Assembly: GCA_035512795.1 (NCBI GenBank)
Contig: DATKDF010000213.1
Location: 1 to 48,910, forward strand
Source of the DNA: Vicinamibacterales bacterium
GTDB lineage: Bacteria > Acidobacteriota > Vicinamibacteria > Vicinamibacterales > SCN-69-37
Length of the DNA: 48,910 bases
Direction: 5' to 3'
The notes below the pieces were generated by a model, which saw only the letters and a list, made by a program, of their open reading frames with translations, was not told the origin of the DNA and ran no database searches. Below are positions 37,343 to 45,723 of this stretch, in pieces. Every line of letters begins with the position of its first letter. Within the stretch, counting starts at the first letter, position 1. The translations under genes and the position numbers were made by a program.

Positions 37343-39247
37343 ATGTGCGGCATCGCCGGTCGGTACAACTTCGTGTCGGGCGCCCCGGTCGATGCCGCGA
37401 CCGTCACGGAGATGTGCGACCTTGTCGCGCATCGCGGGCCGGACGGCGCGGGCGTGTCGGTGGATGGCCCGGTCGGCTTCGGCCATCGGCGGCTTGCCAT
37501 CATCGACCTCAGCGACGCGGGCCGGCAGCCAATGACACGCGATGCACTGTCGGTGACGTTCAACGGGGAGATCTACAACTACCGCGAACTGAAACGTGAA
37601 CTGGCTGGCCTCGGCCATCGCTTCCAGACCGAAACCGACACCGAGGTCCTGCTTGCCGCCTGGCAAGAGTGGGGCTCGCACGCCGTGGACCACCTGCACG
37701 GCATGTTCGCGTTCGCCCTCTGGGACGCGGCCGGCCGCACGTTCTGGCTCGTGCGCGATCGGCTGGGCAAGAAGCCGCTGTACTACTGGACCGATCGCGA
37801 CGGCCTCGCCTTCGCCTCGGAACCCAAGGCCTTTCTTGCCGATCCGGGCTTCACCGCCAGGCCGAACCTCGAGGCCATCCACCACTACCTGTCCCTGCAG
37901 TACGTGCCGACGCCGCTGTCGGCGTTCGCCGGCGTCCACCGCGTCCCTCCCGGCCACCTGCTGCGTATCGCCAACGGCCAGCTCACGGTCGACCGGTACT
38001 GGAGCCTGTCGTACGAGCCCAAGGCGGCCATCGACGAGCCGACGGCGCTCGCGGAACTGCGACGTCAGCTCGAGGCCGCCGTATCGAAACGCCTCGTGAG
38101 CGACGTGCCGCTCGGGGCGTTCCTCAGCGGCGGCATCGACTCGGGCGTCATCGTGGCACTGATGGCCGGCCTGTCGACCGCGCCGGTGCGGACGTTCTCG
38201 ATCGGGTTCCACGAGGCGCGATACAACGAGTTGCCCTGGGCCCGCATGGTCGCCGATCGGTACGGCACCGAGCACCACGAGTTCGTGGTCACGCCCGACG
38301 CCGTGGCGCTCCTGCCGAAGCTGGTGTGGCACTACAACGAACCGTACGCGGATTCGTCGGCGGTGCCCACCTGGTGCCTGGCAGAAGTCACGCGGCAGTC
38401 GGTGACCGTCGCGCTCAATGGCGATGGCGGCGACGAAGCATTTGCCGGGTACGATCGTTATCGCGCCAGCGTGATCGCGGGCCGGCTCGACCGGCTGCCG
38501 CGGCCGATCCGCGCCCTGGCGAGCGCCATCGCGCGGCGCTCACCGGCGCCGAGCACGATGCCGCGGTTCGGCCGTGCCCGGCGCTTCCTCGAAGGCCTCG
38601 GCGTGGACGCCAGCGTCCGGTACGCCTCGTGGATGATGCACTTCGCGACGCCGGCCAAGCGCCGGCTGTGCACCCCCGAATTCCTGGCCAGCGCGGGCGC
38701 GCGCGAGTCCGAAGCGCTCCTGACCGACCGGTTCGCCGAGTCGACCGCCGAGGCTTGGGTCGATCGGCTCCTCGACGTCGACGTCCAGACGTACCTGCCC
38801 GACGACCTGCTCGTCAAAGTCGACATCGCGACCATGGCGCACGGGCTCGAGGCGCGCTCGCCATTTCTCGATCATGACCTGCTGGCCTTTGCGGCCCGGC
38901 TTCCCGTGTCGATGAAGCTGCGGGGCGGGACGCAGAAGTACCTGCTGCGCCGGCTCGCGCGCGAGCTTCTCCCGCCCGCGCTCGTCAACCGGCCGAAGAT
39001 GGGGTTCGGCGTGCCTATCGACGTCTGGTTCCGCCGCGACCTGCGCGACATGGCGCACGACGTGCTGCTGGGATCGGCTGCGCGGTCGCGTGGCTACTTC
39101 AACATGGGAGTCGTCGAGCAGTACCTGGCCGAGCACGAGTCGGGCCGGCGGTCACGCCACGCGCAACTCTGGAATCTGCTGATGCTCGAGTTGTGGCATC
39201 AGACGTTTGTCGACCGCCCGGCAGCCACGATCACCACCACGCCTTGA
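37343..39247 (+). CDS. asnB: Asparagine synthase (glutamine-hydrolysing), polysaccharide-cluster type amidotransferase
   Basis: MCGIAG N-terminal nucleophile, HRGPDG, FLSGGIDS PP-loop; 634 aa. Confidence 0.95.
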   Translation: MCGIAGRYNFVSGAPVDAATVTEMCDLVAHRGPDGAGVSVDGPVGFGHRRLAIIDLSDAGRQPMTRDALSVTFNGEIYNYRELKRELAGLGHRFQTETDTEVLLAAWQEWGSHAVDHLHGMFAFALWDAAGRTFWLVRDRLGKKPLYYWTDRDGLAFASEPKAFLADPGFTARPNLEAIHHYLSLQYVPTPLSAFAGVHRVPPGHLLRIANGQLTVDRYWSLSYEPKAAIDEPTALAELRRQLEAAVSKRLVSDVPLGAFLSGGIDSGVIVALMAGLSTAPVRTFSIGFHEARYNELPWARMVADRYGTEHHEFVVTPDAVALLPKLVWHYNEPYADSSAVPTWCLAEVTRQSVTVALNGDGGDEAFAGYDRYRASVIAGRLDRLPRPIRALASAIARRSPAPSTMPRFGRARRFLEGLGVDASVRYASWMMHFATPAKRRLCTPEFLASAGARESEALLTDRFAESTAEAWVDRLLDVDVQTYLPDDLLVKVDIATMAHGLEARSPFLDHDLLAFAARLPVSMKLRGGTQKYLLRRLARELLPPALVNRPKMGFGVPIDVWFRRDLRDMAHDVLLGSAARSRGYFNMGVVEQYLAEHESGRRSRHAQLWNLLMLELWHQTFVDRPAATITTTP

Positions 39248-39746
39248 CCGCCAGCAGACAACCCAGGATGAGGAACCCGGCCATCGTCCGATGCTCGCGG
39301 TTGGCCATCACCCGTCCCCACTGGAACGACCGCGCCGGTCCCTCGAAACGCCCCTCACGATACCGGGAATAGTCGCCGGCAAACCGGTCATCCAGCGTGG
39401 CCTCCTCGGTGCGCACGGCGGCCAGGAGCGTCAGACCGAGGTAGGCGGCAACGAGCGCCGCCACCGGCCAACTGCACGCCGCGATGGCGAACCCGGCACC
39501 GAGAATCGACGAACCGAGATAGAGCGGATGCCGCATGAAGCGGTACGGTCCGCTGGTCGTGATCTCGCGTCCCTTCACGATATGCCCGGCCGCCCACACG
39601 CGGAGCAGTTCGCCCGGCAGGGCGACGGCAAGACCCGCGGCGAGTGAGCGGGGCGTGGGCTGTGCGAGCCAGAACGCGGCTGCGGCGCTCGCGAAGCCGA
39701 GCGGCACGCGCCAGCGCGCCAGCCGGCGCCAGACGGGCGCGCTCAC
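39231..39746 (-). CDS. ICMT/PEMT-family membrane methyltransferase
   Basis: Tail of ORF 39231-40715: several TM segments, GPYRFMRHPLYLG and RTEEATL motifs. GTG 39746 forms a GTGA overlap with the corrected waaC stop. Confidence 0.8.
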   Translation of the reverse strand: MSAPVWRRLARWRVPLGFASAAAAFWLAQPTPRSLAAGLAVALPGELLRVWAAGHIVKGREITTSGPYRFMRHPLYLGSSILGAGFAIAACSWPVAALVAAYLGLTLLAAVRTEEATLDDRFAGDYSRYREGRFEGPARSFQWGRVMANREHRTMAGFLILGCLLAVKAWW

Positions 39747-40749
39747 GTGCCGGGCCCCCGAACGGCAGCCAGACGCCGGTCGACGGCCTCGACGACCTCC
39801 TCGAGCGTGATCTCCCCGAGGCACCAGCGTCCCTCGCGCTGGCAGCGGCGCTGGTAATGGCACACACACGTGGCATAGCGCGAGATCGATCGTCGTCGGA
39901 CCAGGGACCGTTGCGGCCGGGGTCGGTGGGACCGAAGAGCGCGACCACCGGCACACCGACGGCCGCGGCGATGTGCACCGGACCGGTGTCGCCCGACACG
40001 ATGAGCCGCGCGTGCCGCGACAGGGCGACCAGGTCGGGCAGCGCGGTCTCGGGCGCCACCGTCGCCGCCCCGGACGAAGCCGCCGCGACGGCGCCGGCCA
40101 GGTCCGCCTCGCCCGGGCCCCAGAGCACGACCGACGGCAATCCGTGCCGTTCAACGAGATGGGCGGCGAGCCGTCCGAACCGATCCGCCGGCCACCGCTT
40201 GTTCGGCCAGGCGGCGCCGGGATTGACGATCGCAAACGGCGCGGGCGTCCGCTCGAGCACCCGCGCGGTCGCGGCCGATTCGACCTCTGCGAAGGGAAAC
40301 TCAATCGCCTCGCTCGTCGCCCCGAGCGCGCGCGCGAGGCGCATGTTCTTCCAGACGACGTGACCGGTGCCCGCGACGTCGGCCGTCTCGGTGTAGAAGA
40401 CCCGCGCGGCCGGCTCGCGGAGCGACGCGCGGTCGAACCCGACGACGCGCGGCGCGCCCGACAGACGCGCGAGCGCCGCCGACTTGATGAGCCCCTGGAA
40501 GTCGGCCGCGATCTCGTACGAACGCGCCCGGAGCGTCCGCCGCACGGCCAGCCATCCGGCCGGGGTGGGCGATGCCAGGGTGATGACCGACGCAACGGCC
40601 GGCACGAGCCGGAGGAAGTCTTCGTGCACGGCGTCGACCAGCCAGTCGATCGGGCGCGCCGGATCGGCCCGCTGGAGCGCCGCCACCGCGGGCACCGTAT
40701 GCACGAGGTCGCCAAGCGATCCCAGCCGGACGACGAGGAGGCGGCTCAC
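39743..40749 (-). CDS. waaC: ADP-heptose:LPS heptosyltransferase I-like (GT9), interrupted by an apparent 1-nt frameshift near 39889 (pseudogene or sequencing error)
   Basis: Frame A from GTG 40749: [22 protein letters not shown]...IDWLV...[35 protein letters not shown]. The conserved Cys-rich end [36 protein letters not shown]...GPGT-stop is in the -1 frame and ends at 39743. The span is 1007 nt (3n+2). Confidence 0.75.
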
Positions 40750-41231
40750 GTGGCCGGCCCCGAAGCCGGCCGCGCCGCCTTCGCGATCAGATCGCGGGTC
40801 GAGTGGTCCTTCGGATCGCCGACGATGGCGACCCGCCCGCCGTAGGCCCGCACGACCTCGCGCTCCGGAACGGTCTCGACCGTGTAATCGGTCCCCTTGC
40901 AGTGCACGTCCGGCCGCAGCCGGACGAGCAGGCGCTCGACCGTGTGGTCCGGAAAGAGCACGACGTAGTCCACGACCCGGAGCGCCGCCACCAGTTCGGC
41001 CCGCGCGTGGCCAGGGAGAAGCGGCCGGCCCTCCCCCTTGAGCGCCCACACCGACTCATCGTCGTTGACGGCGACAATCAGTCGATCGCCCTCGCGTTTG
41101 GCGCCCTCGAGGTAGCGCACGTGCCCGACGTGCAGGACATCGAAGCAGCCGTTGGCAAACGACAGGCTCCGCCCCGCACGGCGATCCGCCTCCACGAGGC
41201 TGGCGAGGGTGTCTTCGGAAAATATTGACAT
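40746..41231 (-). CDS. hldC: D-glycero-beta-D-manno-heptose 1-phosphate adenylyltransferase (RfaE domain II type)
   Basis: [17 protein letters not shown] (HxGH nucleotidyltransferase motif), RVVDYVVLF; 161 aa. Confidence 0.9.
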   Translation of the reverse strand: MSIFSEDTLASLVEADRRAGRSLSFANGCFDVLHVGHVRYLEGAKREGDRLIVAVNDDESVWALKGEGRPLLPGHARAELVAALRVVDYVVLFPDHTVERLLVRLRPDVHCKGTDYTVETVPEREVVRAYGGRVAIVGDPKDHSTRDLIAKAARPASGPAT

Positions 41232-41237
41232 GCACTC

Positions 41238-42239
41238 TCATTCACTAATTCGCTGAATGTGATCGCGCAACTCCCCTGCCGTCACCGTCGCGGTGCCCCG
41301 CTTCATGACGACGAGGCCGCCGGCGATGTTGGCGAGCCTCGCGGCGTCGGCAAACGAGGCGCCGGCGGCGACGGCGAGGCTGAAGGCCGCAATCACCGTG
41401 TCGCCGGCGCCGGTGACGTCGGCAATCTGGTCGGAGCCGACGATCGGGATGTGATCGGCCGGCCGGCCGGGTTCGAAGAGCGCCATGCCGCGGCTTCCCC
41501 GGGTGATGAGCACCGCGCGGCAGCCGAGCCGATCCAGCAGCATACGGCCGGCGCCTTCGAGGGCTGCGCGGTCGTCGCCGATCGTGATGCCGAAAAGCGC
41601 CTCGACCTCGGACTCGTTCGGTGTGCAGGCCGTGACCCCGTCGAACTGGTCCAGCCGGTAGCGCGAATCGACGAAGACGAGCGGCGGACGGGTCACCGAC
41701 GCCGCGGTCAGGGCCTGGCGCCAGACGTCGGGCGTGACGAGCCCCGACCCGTAGTCGGACAGGATGACGGCGTCGGCCCGGCGGAGCGCCCGCGACAACG
41801 CGCCGACGACGTGCCGGGTCATCACCGGCGTCACCGGGCCGCCGGCGCGATCGATCCGGACGACCTGCTGTTTGGCCGAATGGACGCCGCCGGCGAGGAT
41901 GCGCGTCTTGACCGGTGTCACGTGTCGGGCGAGCCGCGCCACGCCGGTCGTGCCCGCCCGCCGCGGCAGCGCCTCGAGCACGCGTCGCCCGACCTCGTCG
42001 CGCCCGACGACCCCCACGACGTCGACGGCGGCGCCGAGCATCGCGGCATTGGCCGCCGCATTGCCGGCGCCGCCCGGCACGACCTCGGTCGAGTCGTAGC
42101 GGAGGATGAGCACCGGTGCCTCGCGCGAGACGCGGTCGATGCGGCCGTAGATGAACTCGTCGGCCACCAGATCGCCGGCGACGACCAGACGCACGCGCGG
42201 CAGCCGGTTCAGGAGCCGGATGAGCCGTTGAGAATCCAC
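41238..42239 (-). CDS. hldA: D-glycero-beta-D-manno-heptose 7-phosphate kinase (RfaE domain I type, PfkB family)
   Basis: RLVVAGDLVADEFIYG...VSREAPV, GGAGNAAANAAMLG, DVTGAGDTV. Start GTG 42239 is tentative (31-nt overlap with gmhB); GTG 42194 is the alternative. Confidence 0.88.
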   Translation of the reverse strand: MDSQRLIRLLNRLPRVRLVVAGDLVADEFIYGRIDRVSREAPVLILRYDSTEVVPGGAGNAAANAAMLGAAVDVVGVVGRDEVGRRVLEALPRRAGTTGVARLARHVTPVKTRILAGGVHSAKQQVVRIDRAGGPVTPVMTRHVVGALSRALRRADAVILSDYGSGLVTPDVWRQALTAASVTRPPLVFVDSRYRLDQFDGVTACTPNESEVEALFGITIGDDRAALEGAGRMLLDRLGCRAVLITRGSRGMALFEPGRPADHIPIVGSDQIADVTGAGDTVIAAFSLAVAAGASFADAARLANIAGGLVVMKRGTATVTAGELRDHIQRISE

Positions 42240-42784
42240 GAAACCGCCTCCAGAAGGGTGGGGACGACACGGGCCGCTCCCGGCACGTGGTCGCCGTGCC
42301 GCCGGACCACCGCTTCGCCATGGCCGGTCCGCACGAGCACGCTCGTCGCGCCAGCCGCCTGCCCGAGCCCGACATCGGCCATCTTGTCGCCAATCACGAA
42401 GGACCGCGCGACATCGAGGTCCAGGTCGCCGATGGCCTGCTCGATCATCCCGGTGCCTGGCTTGCGACAGGCACACGCGATGCGCAGCTCGTCGGTGACC
42501 GCCCGCGGATGATGGGGACAGTAGTACCACGCGTCGACCAGGCCGCCGGCGAGGCGGATGGTCTCGCCCATCTCGACGTGGATGGCGCGCACAAACGCGT
42601 CGGTCGTCAGGCCCAGGCCGATCCCACCCTGGTTGGTCGTGACGCAGACGGCAAGGCCGGCGCGATTGAGCAGCCGGATCGCGTCAATCGTCCACGGAAA
42701 CCAGCGCAGGTCCTCCCGGCGGCTGAGATAGCCGACATCGTGCACCATCGTGCCGTCGCGATCGAGGAAGACAGCCGGGCGCAT
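42209..42784 (-). CDS. gmhB: D-glycero-D-manno-heptose 1,7-bisphosphate phosphatase
   Basis: VFLDRDGT (HAD motif I), TNQGGIG, CPHHP...CACRKP zinc site, GDKMADV. Confidence 0.9.
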   Translation of the reverse strand: MRPAVFLDRDGTMVHDVGYLSRREDLRWFPWTIDAIRLLNRAGLAVCVTTNQGGIGLGLTTDAFVRAIHVEMGETIRLAGGLVDAWYYCPHHPRAVTDELRIACACRKPGTGMIEQAIGDLDLDVARSFVIGDKMADVGLGQAAGATSVLVRTGHGEAVVRRHGDHVPGAARVVPTLLEAVSWILNGSSGS

Positions 42785-42788
42785 GGCG

Positions 42789-43823
42789 TCAGCCGGCCTG
42801 CAGGCGATCGGCCACGACGGCGGCGACCCGGTCCACGGTGAGGCGCGTCATGCAGCGATGATCGATCGGACAATCGCGAAGCCCGCACGGCCGGCAGAAG
42901 ACCGGCTCGGTCAGGACGTCGTGTGCGCCGAGCGGGCCGGTGGCACGCTCATCGGTCGGCCCGAAGAGTGCGACCACCGGCCGGCCGAGTGCCGCGGCCA
43001 CGTGCATCGCGCCCGAGTCGTTCGACACGAACACGTCGGCGCGCGCCGCGACGCCCGCGAGCACGCCGACCGACGTGCGCCCGACCAGATCGATCACGGC
43101 CGGCCACGCCGCCGGTGCTTCCGCACGAAGCCAGGATTCTATCGCACGCGCCGCGGATCGATCGTGCGGCGCGCCCACGATCGCGCACGTCACGTCGCCG
43201 GCCGCCACCAGCCGGGCGACCACTTCGGCCAGGCGCGCCGGCGGCCACTGCTTGGCTTGACCGTATGCCGCGCCGGGCGCGATGACGACGAGCCGCGAAG
43301 CGCGCCGGCCACCCAGCAGCCGATCGGCCGCCTCGAGGCTCCGAGGAGTCGCGGCCAGGTGTGGCACGGACTCTTCAGCCACCGGGATGCCGAACGCGCC
43401 GACGAGCGCGCAATAGTAATCGCGCATGTGCGGGGCCAGGCGTGCCGGCGGCCGCGCGGCGTGACGCGTCAGGAGCCAGCGGCGCCCGGCCGTCCGGTAA
43501 CCCCATCGCTCGCCGACGCCCGCCTGGCGCGCCCGCCACGCCGATCCAAAGGAGTTCGGAAACAGGATGGCGAGGTCGTGCCGCCCGGCCGCGAGCGCTG
43601 AAACCGCCGCGCGCGCCGATCCGGGAAGCTCGATCACCTCGTCGGGCCGGACCTCGGTCGTCTCGCGAAACAGCGCGGCCACCGACGCGGGCGCGGCCAC
43701 CGTGAGATGCGCGGCCGGCCAGGCCGCGCGCACGGCGGCCATCGCCGGCAGCGCCAGCACGGCGTCGCCCAGCCAGCTCGGCGAGACGAGCACGGTGCGG
43801 CCCAACGCGCCCGCCGGCGTCAC
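42789..43823 (-). CDS. waaF: ADP-heptose:LPS heptosyltransferase II-like (GT9)
   Basis: [42 protein letters not shown]-terminal FCRPCGLRDCPIDHRCM. GTG 43823 forms a GTGA overlap with the lpxL stop. Confidence 0.85.
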   Translation of the reverse strand: MTPAGALGRTVLVSPSWLGDAVLALPAMAAVRAAWPAAHLTVAAPASVAALFRETTEVRPDEVIELPGSARAAVSALAAGRHDLAILFPNSFGSAWRARQAGVGERWGYRTAGRRWLLTRHAARPPARLAPHMRDYYCALVGAFGIPVAEESVPHLAATPRSLEAADRLLGGRRASRLVVIAPGAAYGQAKQWPPARLAEVVARLVAAGDVTCAIVGAPHDRSAARAIESWLRAEAPAAWPAVIDLVGRTSVGVLAGVAARADVFVSNDSGAMHVAAALGRPVVALFGPTDERATGPLGAHDVLTEPVFCRPCGLRDCPIDHRCMTRLTVDRVAAVVADRLQAG

Positions 43824-44767
43824 GACTCGGCTCCTTCCACTTCGCCGGCCGCCTTCGGGAACATCCCGCGGTCGCCGCGGTCGTCTCCATCGCGCCACCG
43901 GCGATGCATCCAGAGCCAGAGGTGCGGGTGACGCCGCACGTACATCTCGAGCACGTCGGTACACCGCTGGGTGAGTTCGGCAACCGGATCGGCCGCGTCG
44001 GGCGGCGGCGGCAGGACCGGATGCTCGTAGACCAGGCGGACCCGGCCGCCCGGCAGCGGCAGCGCGAAGATCGGCACGAGCGGCGCGCCGGTCCGAATCG
44101 CGAGGACGGCCGCTGCGGTCGTCGTCGCCGCCGGACGATTGAAGAAGTCCACGAAGACCGCATTCGACGGCTGGATGTGCTGATCGATCAACATCGCCAC
44201 CGTCTCGTTGGCCGAGAGGGCCCGCAGGGCGCGGCGTAGCCCGCCCTGCCGGTAGACGACGCGGTTGCCCGTCGACTCACGCGTGCGTTCGAGAAACCGC
44301 TGGAGGTAGGGATTGTCGAGCGGGCGGGCCAGCACGTTCATCCGCGGCCAGAAGAGCGGGTGCGCCACACCCTGCACTTCCCAGAGGCCGAAGTGGCCGG
44401 TGACGACCAGCACGCCGCGTCCGAGGGCGAGCGCCTCGCGCAGGTGGTTCTCGCCTTCAATCTCGACCTGCGCGCGCAACTGATCGGGCTGGATCGTGCT
44501 CAGCCGCAGCACCGAGACGAGCAGGCGTCCGAAGTGCGCGAACGTCGCGCGCGCGATGGCCCGGCACTCGGCCGCCGAGCGCGTCGGAAACGCCGAGCGC
44601 AGCTGCTGCACCGCCACCCGGCGATGACGGTGATCCACCAGGTAGAAGGCCAGCCCCATCAGGGTGCCGAGCGCGCGAGCGCCGGCGTCGGGCAGGACGG
44701 CCACGACCGCCCGCAGGGCGAGGACCACGGCGTACTCGGCGCGATGCCGGAGGTCTGTGACCGTCAT
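43820..44767 (-). CDS. lpxL: Lipid A late (Kdo2-lipid IVA lauroyl/myristoyl-type) acyltransferase, LpxL/HtrB family
   Basis: MTVTDLRHRAEYAVVLALRAV..., VTGHFGLWE, AMLIDQH, C-terminal YVRRHPHLWLWMHRRW typical of the family. ATGA overlap with the lpxK stop. Confidence 0.85.
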   Translation of the reverse strand: MTVTDLRHRAEYAVVLALRAVVAVLPDAGARALGTLMGLAFYLVDHRHRRVAVQQLRSAFPTRSAAECRAIARATFAHFGRLLVSVLRLSTIQPDQLRAQVEIEGENHLREALALGRGVLVVTGHFGLWEVQGVAHPLFWPRMNVLARPLDNPYLQRFLERTRESTGNRVVYRQGGLRRALRALSANETVAMLIDQHIQPSNAVFVDFFNRPAATTTAAAVLAIRTGAPLVPIFALPLPGGRVRLVYEHPVLPPPPDAADPVAELTQRCTDVLEMYVRRHPHLWLWMHRRWRDGDDRGDRGMFPKAAGEVEGAES

Positions 44768-45723
44768 GACCGCGCCTCGGCCAGCCGTCCGAGCAGCCAG
44801 GCCCGGAAGGCCGCGGCCGGCTCGACCGACGCGGTCAGCCGCGCGACGACCAGCGGCGCCGGGAACGCGTCGCGCGCGGGCAGGCGGACCGCATCCTTGG
44901 CCGTCGTGACGACCGCGACAGCGCCCGTCCGACGAACCGCGTCGGCGATGCGGCTCACATCGCGCGCACGGTAGCGATGGTGATCGCCGAACGCGATCCG
45001 CTCGACGACGGTCCACCCGGTGCGCGACAGATCGTCGAAGAACCGCTCGGGCCGCGCGATGCCGGCCACGGCCACGACGGGCCCGGCGGCCGCAGGCGCC
45101 TCGAGCGTGCGGGTGACTGAGAACCAAAGACCCCCGGCGTCTTTTCCGGCGTCCGCCGGAAAGACGCCGGGGGTCTTCAGGATCGCGTCGGCGTCGGCCA
45201 GCGCGCGCGGCGACTCGCGGAGCCGGCCGAACGGGAACCTCCGGTCCGTCAGGTCCTCGGGAGCCACGAGCACGAGATCGACGTCGCGGAACAGCACCAA
45301 GTGCTGAAATCCGTCGTCGAGCAGGTGGACCGTCGCGCCGAGGTGCGTTTCGGCGAGCGCCCCGGCTGTGCGCCGATCGTCGCAGACCACCACGCGCACA
45401 CCGGGGAGCGCCTGGGCCAGCATGAGCGGCTCGTCGCCGGCCTCGTCGACCGAGGCCCGAATGGTGGTGCCGTCGCTTACGACGACCGCGCCCGGCGCCG
45501 CCTCGCGCCGGCCGTACCCACGACTGAGAATCGCCGGCCGCTCGCCCGCGTCGACGAGCAGGCGCGCCAGGTGCTCGACGACCGGCGTCTTGCCGCGGCC
45601 GCCCGCGGTGAGGTTGCCGACGCTCACGACCGGCTGCCGCAGGCGCTGCTGACCAGGAGACGCGCCGTACCAGGCGCGGCGGCGGGTCGGTGCGCCGAGG
45701 TGCGACCGCAGGTCAGTTGACAC
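44764..45723 (-). CDS. lpxK: Tetraacyldisaccharide 4'-kinase
   Basis: VSVGNLTAGGRGKTP P-loop, SRGYGR, LDDGFQH, AGIARPERF. Start GTG 45723 overlaps the waaA 3' end by 11 nt. Contains an in-frame palindromic 51-nt segment (45127-45177). Confidence 0.88.
   Translation of the reverse strand: MSTDLRSHLGAPTRRRAWYGASPGQQRLRQPVVSVGNLTAGGRGKTPVVEHLARLLVDAGERPAILSRGYGRREAAPGAVVVSDGTTIRASVDEAGDEPLMLAQALPGVRVVVCDDRRTAGALAETHLGATVHLLDDGFQHLVLFRDVDLVLVAPEDLTDRRFPFGRLRESPRALADADAILKTPGVFPADAGKDAGGLWFSVTRTLEAPAAAGPVVAVAGIARPERFFDDLSRTGWTVVERIAFGDHHRYRARDVSRIADAVRRTGAVAVVTTAKDAVRLPARDAFPAPLVVARLTASVEPAAAFRAWLLGRLAEARS
45127..45177. repeat. Near-perfect 23-bp inverted repeat (4-nt loop, one bulged T) inside the lpxK coding sequence
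   Basis: aagacccccggcgtcttttccggc-gtcc-gccggaaagacgccgggggtctt, paired base by base by hand. In frame; encodes KTPGVFPADAGKDAGGL. Confidence 0.9.

Noticed and set aside
39880-39900. Programmed -1 ribosomal frameshifting as the explanation for the waaC frame change.
   Set aside because: The sequence around the shift (gac gac gat cga tct) is not an X XXY YYZ slippery heptamer, and I saw no obvious downstream pseudoknot or hairpin. A 1-nt deletion or a sequencing error is simpler.
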